From sequence record PZ349761.1: a stretch of DNA of 45,774 nucleotides. One strand, written 5' to 3'. The stretch comes from a phage. The notes under the pieces are model-generated. The model did no database searches, was not told the origin of the DNA, and saw only the letters and a program-made list of their open reading frames with translations. Positions 27,096 through 34,849 of this stretch are shown in pieces. Each line of letters begins with the position of its first letter. Positions within the stretch are counted from its first letter, which is position 1. A program made the translations under genes and the position numbers.

Positions 27096-27593
27096 CCGTC
27101 TAGCCTGAATGTCTTTAGCTATTCGTGCTAATGTTTACGCGTAACCGATGTAACTCGATGTATACAATCTCATCCGCGGAAAATGATATACGCACTGTTA
27201 CGCCAACTTACGCATTTGTTACATTAAAATATCTATATATATCAACCTTTTACTCTTATTATTATTATTATATATATTACTGTGTATATCATGTAACTAC
27301 TTCTATAGAGTGTTCCGGTTATAATTTTAATATCATGTGATTTTATACAGTATTGCACGGCAGCTATACCAATGCACCATCAGCAATAAATGATATACAC
27401 GATATACACGCCGGTTACATTGAGCTATAGATGGGCTGAGATGCCAAAAAACGTAACTAATGGCAATGCCTACACGGAATTACAAGGATTTACGCGTAAA
27501 CTTAAATCAACGATTGGCAAAACCAATTGGACTGGCTACGGTGCTGAATATATAGTTACCTCATCGAAATCAAAAAACCAGAGAGATACATAA
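27096..27593. repeat. second AT-rich repeat-laden control region: (TTA)5 at about 27256-27271, TTTACGCGTAAA palindromes (27134-27144, 27489-27500), GATATACAC direct repeat (27400-27418)
   Basis: 27207-27295 is a roughly 85 percent identical direct repeat of 115-200; track ORFs here look spurious. Confidence 0.6.
27114..27132 (-). promoter_or_regulatory. conserved box variant (minus strand reads ATTAGCACgaataGCTAAA)
   Basis: Downstream on minus strand: TACTAT, CCATCGAAACGAAAC (27071-27082), ATG 27047. Confidence 0.55.
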
Positions 27594-27788
27594 ATGACCT
27601 ACTACATTATCAAAGAGAAAAACAACGCACTGTTCGGCGACTGCTACTTTGGAGGTGAAGCCGGTTACACTACAGATAAAAATGAGGCAGACCGATTCGA
27701 AACTAAAGAAGATGCCAAATCTTTACTGATCGGATACTTTACAGAGGAAGAGTTGAAGTCTATTAAGATTGTTAAGGTTAAGGAGTGA
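27594..27788 (+). CDS. hypothetical small protein (64 aa)
   Basis: ORF preceded by TTGGAC-N18-TATAGT and leader CCTCATCGAAATC. Confidence 0.45.
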   Translation: MTYYIIKEKNNALFGDCYFGGEAGYTTDKNEADRFETKEDAKSLLIGYFTEEELKSIKIVKVKE

Positions 27789-27791
27789 AAT

Positions 27792-27953
27792 ATGAAGATC
27801 AAGGTTTTTATAAATAGAGAAGAGATGGAGCAACTAGGTGCGAACACTGATGTTGAAGTTGCTAAAGTAATAACCTATGACCTAAAAAATAGTGATTGCT
27901 ATGACGAGTTTCCATATCCTGATTTTCAAGTTATTGTTAATGTAGAGGATTGA
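27792..27953 (+). CDS. hypothetical small protein (53 aa)
   Basis: Short ORF with RBS AAGGAG; read by eye. Confidence 0.35.
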   Translation: MKIKVFINREEMEQLGANTDVEVAKVITYDLKNSDCYDEFPYPDFQVIVNVED

Positions 27954-27956
27954 GTA

Positions 27957-28922
27957 ATGACATTTAAAGTCTACACGCGAGAAGAGTTAAGCAACGAGGC
28001 TTACCACTCAGAGACTGACCACATCTCAGGCTCCTCACTTGTCGAGATTATTCAGGGTTCACCAGCTAAGTGGAAATTCAAACAGCGCAATAGCGACAGC
28101 AAGGCTCTTAAGTTTGGAACGCTGAGTCACACGTACATCCTAGAAGGTGACATGTTTGACAAAGAATACCTTCGAGCCACAGACATTGACGCGATTGAAG
28201 GCTTAATTACAAGCCAGACTGGATTATCAGCAGCACTTAAAAAAGTTGGTGTGTCCGGCACATCCGGGAAGGGCTATAGCGAACTCGTAGAGATGATGTA
28301 TCGCTCAGGAGAGGATTGGCCTGTTAAGTGGCTAATTGAGCAGCAAGAGAGCTCTCAGGCGCTCGTGGAGGGTAAGGAGCTAGTTAGTGCAGCTGACTAT
28401 GACAAAGTTGTGGCTATGCGTGAGGTTCTTTGCAATATTCCGGCATACAATGCAATCGTGAATAGTGAGACGGCGCAGAAAGAGCTATCAATCTTCGGTG
28501 AGATTCTCTGTGTCGGCGTGAAGATTCGAATAGACCACGTTGATGTTGTTGATGGAGTAGTTCGGATCACAGATTACAAAACGACAGCAGACGCAAGCCC
28601 TGAAGGATTCGGAAAGTCTGCATTCAATCACGGATACCTTGCAAAAATGGCATTACAGCGTGATCTGTTTGTGAAGGCGTTCAACGAAAAGCGCAAGGTT
28701 GTTGTAGGATTGCTGGCGCAGGAGAAGGTTGAGCCATACCTCCCAATGCTTTATACATTGACGGACGAACAGCTAAGAATTGGTCGCCTTCAGTATCTTG
28801 AGGCTCTTGCCACATACAAGAAGTGTAAGGAGCTAGATAGCTGGCCAGGTTATTCGAATGGCATTACAGAGCAAGAGCTATTAGTTCCTGAGTGGGCTAT
28901 TAAACAATACAGAGAGATATAA
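27957..28922 (+). CDS. putative PD-(D/E)XK-type recombination nuclease
   Basis: IRIDHVD...VRITDYKTT resembles the RecB-like D..D/E.K core; sits in a module with Erf and SSB. Confidence 0.5.
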   Translation: MTFKVYTREELSNEAYHSETDHISGSSLVEIIQGSPAKWKFKQRNSDSKALKFGTLSHTYILEGDMFDKEYLRATDIDAIEGLITSQTGLSAALKKVGVSGTSGKGYSELVEMMYRSGEDWPVKWLIEQQESSQALVEGKELVSAADYDKVVAMREVLCNIPAYNAIVNSETAQKELSIFGEILCVGVKIRIDHVDVVDGVVRITDYKTTADASPEGFGKSAFNHGYLAKMALQRDLFVKAFNEKRKVVVGLLAQEKVEPYLPMLYTLTDEQLRIGRLQYLEALATYKKCKELDSWPGYSNGITEQELLVPEWAIKQYREI

Positions 28923-28923
28923 A

Positions 28924-29388
28924 ATGAACAAAGATAGCTGGCAGACTCCTTTAGAGTTATTCAAACAACTAGATGATAAATACAATTTTGAGGTTGACGT
29001 ATGCGCCAGTCCAGACAATGCTCTTTGTGAATATTTTTGGACTGAAGATGATGACTGCCTACAACAGGACTGGGGTGATGGCAACGGTTTCGTCTGGTGT
29101 AATCCTCCATATAGCAATCCATTGCCATTTGTCGAAAAGTGCCAAGAATATGGTTATGCAGTCATGCTATTGAATCAGGACACATCAACAAAATGGGCTA
29201 AGGTAGTCTTTGAGAAAGCTTCAAAGGTTATACTTTTATCAGATAGGGTTAGGTTTATAAATCCATTAACATTGGAGGTTGGAAAGTCAAACCCTAAATG
29301 TCAGATGATTGTGGTTTTCGACAAGCTCAGTAACCCTGGTGTTGATATGCGCTGGTGCTCAATAAAGGATATTCATAAGCACATATAA
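28924..29388 (+). CDS. dam: DNA N6-adenine methyltransferase (phage Dam-type)
   Basis: Catalytic motif IV NPPY present as WCNPPYS; small single-domain size typical of phage Dam. Confidence 0.75.
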   Translation: MNKDSWQTPLELFKQLDDKYNFEVDVCASPDNALCEYFWTEDDDCLQQDWGDGNGFVWCNPPYSNPLPFVEKCQEYGYAVMLLNQDTSTKWAKVVFEKASKVILLSDRVRFINPLTLEVGKSNPKCQMIVVFDKLSNPGVDMRWCSIKDIHKHI

Positions 29389-29406
29389 ATAGCACGAATT
29401 GCTAAA
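29389..29406 (+). promoter_or_regulatory. conserved palindromic box ATAGCACgaattGCTAAA
   Basis: Directly after TAA stop of dam; hairpin GGGGTA..TACCCC, TATGAT 29427-29432, leader CCATAAACAACGAACGAGG, ATG 29462. Confidence 0.6.
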
Positions 29407-29461
29407 GACAAAATTAAAAGGTGGGGTATGATTACCCCATAAACAACGAACGAGGTTAAAG

Positions 29462-30112
29462 ATGCAAATTTCAGAGTCATGCAAATCAATTTTAAACGCG
29501 CTACACACTGCCAAATCGCTATTTGCGAAGGCTGAAAAGTCAAAGCAGAACTCGCACCTTAAGAATAAATACGCTACCTTAGAAGACGTTTTGGCGGCTG
29601 TTGAGCCAGGGCTTGATGAGTGCGGCCTGGTAATGTTCCAGAGCGTTCTTGATGATGAACAAACTAATCGTATGAAGGTTGAGACAAAACTGTTCCACGC
29701 AGAATCTGGAGAATGGGTTAGCTTCTTAATGATAGTCCCAATCAGCAAGAATGATGCACAAGGTTACGGCTCAGCTTTAACATACGCTCGACGTTACGGT
29801 ATTACGGCAGCTTTAGGACTTAGCCAGGCTGATGATGATGGTAATCTTGCAACTAAGGGTGTTAAGGACTTTAAACGAGAGCTTGAGAAGTGCAGCACGC
29901 TCGATGATCTTCGTAACATATGGAAAGAGGCTAAGCAATCACTCGACGCGGCAGGATGGAAGGTTTTCGAACCACATATCATCGAGCGCAAAGCAGAGAT
30001 TGAAGCAAATGCAATGACAGGTTTTAACCCGGCAACACCAAAGAAAGTTGCAGAAAAAAGTAGTGCTGAAGAAAAAGTTGAAGTAGAATCTCAACAAATC
30101 GACACATTCTAA
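29462..30112 (+). CDS. erf: Erf-like single-strand annealing protein
   Basis: N-terminal region with ...KYATLEDVL.AVEP.L.ECGL... pattern; adjacent to SSB and nuclease. Confidence 0.55.
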   Translation: MQISESCKSILNALHTAKSLFAKAEKSKQNSHLKNKYATLEDVLAAVEPGLDECGLVMFQSVLDDEQTNRMKVETKLFHAESGEWVSFLMIVPISKNDAQGYGSALTYARRYGITAALGLSQADDDGNLATKGVKDFKRELEKCSTLDDLRNIWKEAKQSLDAAGWKVFEPHIIERKAEIEANAMTGFNPATPKKVAEKSSAEEKVEVESQQIDTF

Positions 30113-30152
30113 ATTAAACGTGGCTTCAGCCCCAATAAAAGAGAGATAAAGC

Positions 30153-30581
30153 ATGCACGTAATTACTGGTCAGATTCGCCGCGCTCCATTCACTAAAGAA
30201 GGTCAAAACGCAAATGGTAACTGGAAAATGTTTGCAGTTGATTTGAGCGAGCGATACAAGGATAAAGATGGGCAATCACAGTACACAAACTATCGAGCAG
30301 TCTTCTTCGCTAAAGAGTCAATGCTAGATTGGTACAATGAGGCATTTCAAGAAGGTAAAGTTGTTAGCGTTAGCGCAGAGACTCTTTCTGTTGATGTTAG
30401 GGATAAAGATGGCAAGACTTACGTTACTGTCAACATGAACAATCCTAGACTTGAGTTTAGTCAGCGCGGTGAAGGTGGCGTGCAGCAGCAGAATCAACAG
30501 AAGCCACAACAACAGCAACAACAACAGCAACAGCAACAACCGAAGCAACAACAGAACTTTGAGGATGACATCCCGTTCTGA
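30153..30581 (+). CDS. ssb: single-stranded DNA-binding protein
   Basis: OB-fold-sized N-domain, Gln/Pro-rich linker and acidic C-terminal tail ending DDIPF. Confidence 0.85.
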   Translation: MHVITGQIRRAPFTKEGQNANGNWKMFAVDLSERYKDKDGQSQYTNYRAVFFAKESMLDWYNEAFQEGKVVSVSAETLSVDVRDKDGKTYVTVNMNNPRLEFSQRGEGGVQQQNQQKPQQQQQQQQQQQPKQQQNFEDDIPF

Positions 30582-30592
30582 TATAAAAGATA

Positions 30593-30615
30593 AGGCCCCT
30601 TTCGGGGCCTTTTTT
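30593..30615. terminator. bidirectional rho-independent terminator between SSB and tail fibre genes
   Basis: AGGCCCC-tttc-GGGGCCT hairpin plus T6. Confidence 0.7.
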
Positions 30616-30616
30616 A

Positions 30617-33199
30617 TTAACCTATTTTAGTGTAAGTCCATTGGTATGTTGCAGCTCCCTTGGCAGTTATCCCGACAGCTCTTCCACTTACATCCATTGA
30701 AGTGAAAGCGCCAGTTTTTGTAATTGTTATTGATGATGTGGAACCATCAAAAAGTACGTCAGCAATTACACTATAGTTAGGTCCAGCACCAGTAACCCAG
30801 GTCGAAACCTTGTATAAACCAGCGTTGTTTGGCAACTCAAAAAGACCAGTTGAAACATTCGCCTGAACAGCCATCGCGCCCTTTCCGGTGTACACACCGT
30901 CAGTTTTAAGACCTAATGATGAATATGTTTGCTTATAGCCACCAATGATGGCACCACCCATAGGTTCAGTAAACCAGTTCACATTACCCTGACTAACAAC
31001 AGATATCGCTGGAGACCCCCCTTTAGCTGACTGAAACCTACCGCTTAAAATGTCAATTCTAGATGCTGAATCCTGGGCGTAGATAGTTACAGGATACCCA
31101 CCAGAACCAGTGTAAACCAAGCCGTTATCATTAATGTCATCTTCAGACGAGTCAATGATTACATGGGAAGTTCCAGACGCCTTGATGAACGAAACAACAC
31201 CGCTAGAACCAGCACCTGTTGTTCTAACTTCATTCTTCCATGATGTTAGGCCTGAAATTCTGCCATTTGAGTTATTAAACCTAATCAGGCAACAATCTTG
31301 CGATCCGTTGGTGTCAATAATGTTACCTTCAACGTCCATCCCTAGTATGTTTACGCTATGGCTGTTGATGAAGTTAATCCCAGCACCACCGTAAGAACCA
31401 GATGTTGATGATATATTACTGGCATCCATTGCGCAGTTAATCATTGTAACGCTCATTACCGAACCAAATTCATAAGGTGAAATGCAATCTGATGCGTAAC
31501 AAGTCTCAAGCAATATTGTCGTTCCCGTCGCCTTTATGAATCCAGTCCTGCAATTCCTGGCCCAAACATTCTGTAGCTTAGTCTGGTATGTTCCAGTGGT
31601 GTCCGTGTAGCAACCCCATGCTCCATGGACTGTGCAATCTTTGATACATGAATTTTCTAGCCCTGTTGCAGAACCAACATTAGAAACGAAGTTAAATGCT
31701 ATCTTTTGATCATTCCCTGATGCTGAGGTAGGTGTAGTGCCTGGGTTATAAAAAATGTAAAGTCCCTCAATAAACACTTGATACATTCTTATGTTTTGCG
31801 CATCACCCTGAACCAGGGCGAATAGGTTTATGTTCCCATCAACTGAGATAAATGTTTGCGCCCTGTTAATTTGGTTTGTTCCCTCGCCAATAATTCTTGT
31901 ACTGTTGCCAATCCTCACCGTCCTGTTAATGAACATAAAACCTTTTGGTATGTATACAGTTTTACCGGTATTAACTGCCGCCTGAAGCGCAACTGCGTCA
32001 AGTGACTCGTTAAGGTTTGATGCAAATGGATAAACAAACCGCGCATCCTCAATTGTCGAGAATTTAGATGAAAGAGGAACTAAAGTACCATTGTTTGTAG
32101 CACCAAAATCCATGACGTTAACAAAGTCACCAAGTTTACTATCCTTACTCCTTTCTACAAATGAGGCCAATGTAGATTTGTAATTCATCGAACTGAATTG
32201 TGATTGAGCCTCTATCTTTGAATAAACATCTGATCTTGGGTAAACCTCTGATTTTGAATAAACATCAAGCAAACCCCTAGCTCTTTCAGCAGTAGCGCCG
32301 CCAACCGACTTCCCGCCTTCAACCATAATGTATTCGCGTAAGTAGAAGTTTCTTGATCCTTTAGCGCCCGCCATCCTGAGGTGAGTAGCCCTATATGATG
32401 AATCAGAATTCAATGCCGGATATATATCAATCTCATAAGAGCCTTGAGCTCCACTTGTGCCCCTAACACATATAAAAAGCGTAGCGTTGGCTGTAGTGTA
32501 TGTCGCAGCTAGTGATGCTGGAACGTTTGTCATGTTAGATACTACAACTCGATAATTACCACCACTTTTAAATTCAACTTGCTGCCAATCCAATGATGGC
32601 ATAGCTATTGTCGATGTGCTTGCGATACCCTCATTGGCTAGAGTAACCAAAGTTGCAGCATCACCAGCGTTGGCAATGACATTAACTGTGTTGTTGTATG
32701 CCTCCTGCGCACTACTTGCGCTTGATTCAGCCTGAGCCTTGCTTGTAGCGGCAGCTTGCTGGCTGGCAGATGCAGCCGATTCGCTTGAAGCCGCATTTGT
32801 TTCGCTTGCCTTCGCCTCATCAACTAATCGTTGTAACTTATCGAAATCAAAATCACCAGATTCAGCCAACTCAACAAGTGACGCAACCTCAGTTTCACGT
32901 GACTGATAGTAACGAAGAGTTTCCGCAACATCCTGAGCTAGCCCCTGAACGGTAATTCCATCATGCGCAAGGATAGCGTAACCAGTTCCAGCAGGAACAG
33001 TTTCGGAGTTAGGGTTGTAAACATTAATCTGCGTATCGCTGATAATTTCTGAGATGGTGTAAATCTGTACTGGTTCAGTTTTAAATACAATGGTTGCACC
33101 TACGCGAATCAGTGTAAGAGGTGCTTTCCATGTTGTCCCGACGCCAGTCACCTCACCACTTGCTGCTAGAGAAGCTGTTCCTGAGTCATAAATTGCCAT
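30617..33199 (-). CDS. lateral tail fibre / tailspike with predicted right-handed beta-helix
   Basis: About 860 aa; Ala/Ser-rich N-terminal linker, long Gly/Asn/Thr/Ser-rich repetitive region; start set to ATG 33199 with RBS GGAG (track start is GTG 33229). Confidence 0.65.
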   Translation of the reverse strand: MAIYDSGTASLAASGEVTGVGTTWKAPLTLIRVGATIVFKTEPVQIYTISEIISDTQINVYNPNSETVPAGTGYAILAHDGITVQGLAQDVAETLRYYQSRETEVASLVELAESGDFDFDKLQRLVDEAKASETNAASSESAASASQQAAATSKAQAESSASSAQEAYNNTVNVIANAGDAATLVTLANEGIASTSTIAMPSLDWQQVEFKSGGNYRVVVSNMTNVPASLAATYTTANATLFICVRGTSGAQGSYEIDIYPALNSDSSYRATHLRMAGAKGSRNFYLREYIMVEGGKSVGGATAERARGLLDVYSKSEVYPRSDVYSKIEAQSQFSSMNYKSTLASFVERSKDSKLGDFVNVMDFGATNNGTLVPLSSKFSTIEDARFVYPFASNLNESLDAVALQAAVNTGKTVYIPKGFMFINRTVRIGNSTRIIGEGTNQINRAQTFISVDGNINLFALVQGDAQNIRMYQVFIEGLYIFYNPGTTPTSASGNDQKIAFNFVSNVGSATGLENSCIKDCTVHGAWGCYTDTTGTYQTKLQNVWARNCRTGFIKATGTTILLETCYASDCISPYEFGSVMSVTMINCAMDASNISSTSGSYGGAGINFINSHSVNILGMDVEGNIIDTNGSQDCCLIRFNNSNGRISGLTSWKNEVRTTGAGSSGVVSFIKASGTSHVIIDSSEDDINDNGLVYTGSGGYPVTIYAQDSASRIDILSGRFQSAKGGSPAISVVSQGNVNWFTEPMGGAIIGGYKQTYSSLGLKTDGVYTGKGAMAVQANVSTGLFELPNNAGLYKVSTWVTGAGPNYSVIADVLFDGSTSSITITKTGAFTSMDVSGRAVGITAKGAATYQWTYTKIG

Positions 33200-33222
33200 T
33201 GTGTAGAGTCTCCATTTGTAAA

Positions 33223-33240
33223 ATAGCACGAATTGCTAAA
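33223..33240 (+). promoter_or_regulatory. conserved palindromic box ATAGCACgaattGCTAAA with no plus-strand gene downstream
   Basis: Lies about 24 nt upstream of the minus-strand tail fibre ATG and lacks the downstream -10 and leader. Confidence 0.5.
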
Positions 33241-33264
33241 GTGGATTGTAGCATCTTTGAGTCA

Positions 33265-33287
33265 TAAAAAAACCTCCCGAAGGAGGT
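33265..33287 (-). terminator. rho-independent terminator of the minus-strand primase operon
   Basis: Minus strand reads CCTCC-ttcg-GGAGG followed by T7. Confidence 0.65.
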
Positions 33288-34213
33288 TAGTCTAGTAATT
33301 CGCTCGCCTTGTATATTCGCTTTCTTATTCCTGATTTGAAGTGGTTATCATTATTTGGCATTACAACATCAAGATTGCGATCGTCAGCAACGGCGAGTAA
33401 ATCAAAATCGCTGCGAGTACAAGCGATGCGTAACTTGTAGTTTCTAAGCGCGTAAGCAACCATTTCCATGTTGTAACTGGAGTGGCAAACAAGCACACAG
33501 CGGTTCCCAGTAGCAATGTGAACGCGATAGCCATCAATGAAATTATCGACCAGATAAGCGTACTCATCATCCTTAAAGGAACCAATAACAGAAACAGACT
33601 GGCGAGTATAATCTTTTGCAGCATAACTAACATCTCCCTCTTCATTGATAAACATTACGTTGCACATCTCTTCTGATATGCCGTCACTATAAGCCATAAA
33701 GCACGGAACTGCGTGGATTAATTCACCTGATTTCGTCCTGCCAACATCAAAACCGAACTCGCTATAGATACCCTCGTATGTACTGAGAGGAGTTGATTCT
33801 ACTCTTTCCGTCCTTTCCATTATCTCTAAGCATCTTTCGTGATCAATCTGAGCGCCCATTTTGTATGGTGATGTTCTTGAAGCTCTTTTGTTTGCTTTTG
33901 ATATAACCTCTACTGGAACGAGATTCAGCCAATCACCAAGCGTATCTATTGTTTCACTATAACTCATTCCAGAACACTTCATTACCCAACCAACACCAGA
34001 ATCATTTCCACACTGGTTGCATATTGCTGCGCCATTTCCCTTTTCTTGACCTAACTCATCAGTGAAGCGAAACCTATCCTTGCCAAAGCAGTAAGGGCAC
34101 GGACCATGCTTCTTGTTGAGATTCTCCTTTGTCCATCCCAGGTGCGACGAGTAGAAAGCACTCCACATTCCCTTCATTTTTGCTATCACTTCATTTTTAT
34201 CATGGTGACTCAT
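33287..34213 (-). CDS. putative DNA primase (zinc-binding plus Toprim-like)
   Basis: CPYCFGKDRFRF...CNQCG zinc-ribbon-like N-terminus; start set to ATG 34213 with RBS GGAGG; adjacent to helicase. Confidence 0.5.
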   Translation of the reverse strand: MSHHDKNEVIAKMKGMWSAFYSSHLGWTKENLNKKHGPCPYCFGKDRFRFTDELGQEKGNGAAICNQCGNDSGVGWVMKCSGMSYSETIDTLGDWLNLVPVEVISKANKRASRTSPYKMGAQIDHERCLEIMERTERVESTPLSTYEGIYSEFGFDVGRTKSGELIHAVPCFMAYSDGISEEMCNVMFINEEGDVSYAAKDYTRQSVSVIGSFKDDEYAYLVDNFIDGYRVHIATGNRCVLVCHSSYNMEMVAYALRNYKLRIACTRSDFDLLAVADDRNLDVVMPNNDNHFKSGIRKRIYKASELLD

Positions 34214-34268
34214 AGTTACCTCCGCAAACAATAAAGGCACTATACATAATGCACAGTGCCATTGTTTA

Positions 34269-34748
34269 TCAAATCGTGCTGTTTTTCTCTTTCTTCTTCT
34301 GGTTCTCTAATTTAATTTTGCGCCAGGAGCGACATTCAGGCTTTGTGGCTAGTTCAGCCTCAGTAACTACGCGCAGCATGTGACGTTTTTTGCAACGAAG
34401 CGTCAATGGCTTTCCGTTACCGTCGAATTGCAGGTCTGGCCTGCAGAATGTAGCGCGAAAACCTTCTCCATTTCGCTTATAGTAGTTGTGCGAAAGTTGA
34501 GCTCCACGTGCAGAAATCATACCACGCTTAAACCATTCCTCTACAGCCTGTGGCGTTACCTTTAACTGCTTCGCTATATTCGCCTTTGTGCCGAAGAAAT
34601 CAAGAACCATCTCCAGCCGTGCTCGTAAGCCAGCCCTTACTTCATCTTTTAATACGTAGTAGCCTGAAGGTCGTTTACGTTGTTTTTTGTCTTTGGTGCG
34701 GACGGTTCCGTTATTACCGTTAATTGTTCGTTTGTCGACTGAACTCAT
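34269..34748 (-). CDS. putative HTH DNA-binding protein (transcriptional regulator candidate)
   Basis: Basic N-terminus, helix-turn-helix-like IAKQLKVTPQAVEEWFKRG; first gene of minus operon at a divergent control region. Confidence 0.5.
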   Translation of the reverse strand: MSSVDKRTINGNNGTVRTKDKKQRKRPSGYYVLKDEVRAGLRARLEMVLDFFGTKANIAKQLKVTPQAVEEWFKRGMISARGAQLSHNYYKRNGEGFRATFCRPDLQFDGNGKPLTLRCKKRHMLRVVTEAELATKPECRSWRKIKLENQKKKEKNSTI

Positions 34749-34760
34749 TTGATCACCTCA

Positions 34761-34778
34761 ATAGCATTTTTTGTTAAA
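34761..34778 (+). promoter_or_regulatory. conserved box variant ATAGCATtttttGTTAAA in divergent control region
   Basis: Between divergent HTH gene and helicase gene; leader CTCAATTAAACGC; ATG 34850. Confidence 0.5.
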
Positions 34779-34849
34779 AGTCATCCTTATTTGATGGTAG
34801 TATTGTACTCAATTAAACGCTACAAGACAATTTTTATAGGAATTTAGAT

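Noticed and set aside
27125-27340. Track ORF (71 aa, Tyr-rich) inside the AT-rich repeat region
   Set aside because: Translation of TTA/TAT repeats gives low-complexity YYYYY; no RBS; overlaps the conserved repeat and palindromes, so treated as noncoding.
27390-27593. Track ORF (67 aa) upstream of the 27594 gene
   Set aside because: Contains the promoter and leader of the 27594 gene and palindromic repeats; no convincing RBS; probably noncoding, though not excluded.
30480-30560. CAA/CAG repeat tract
   Set aside because: Lies within the SSB gene and encodes the Gln-rich flexible linker; not an independent repeat element.
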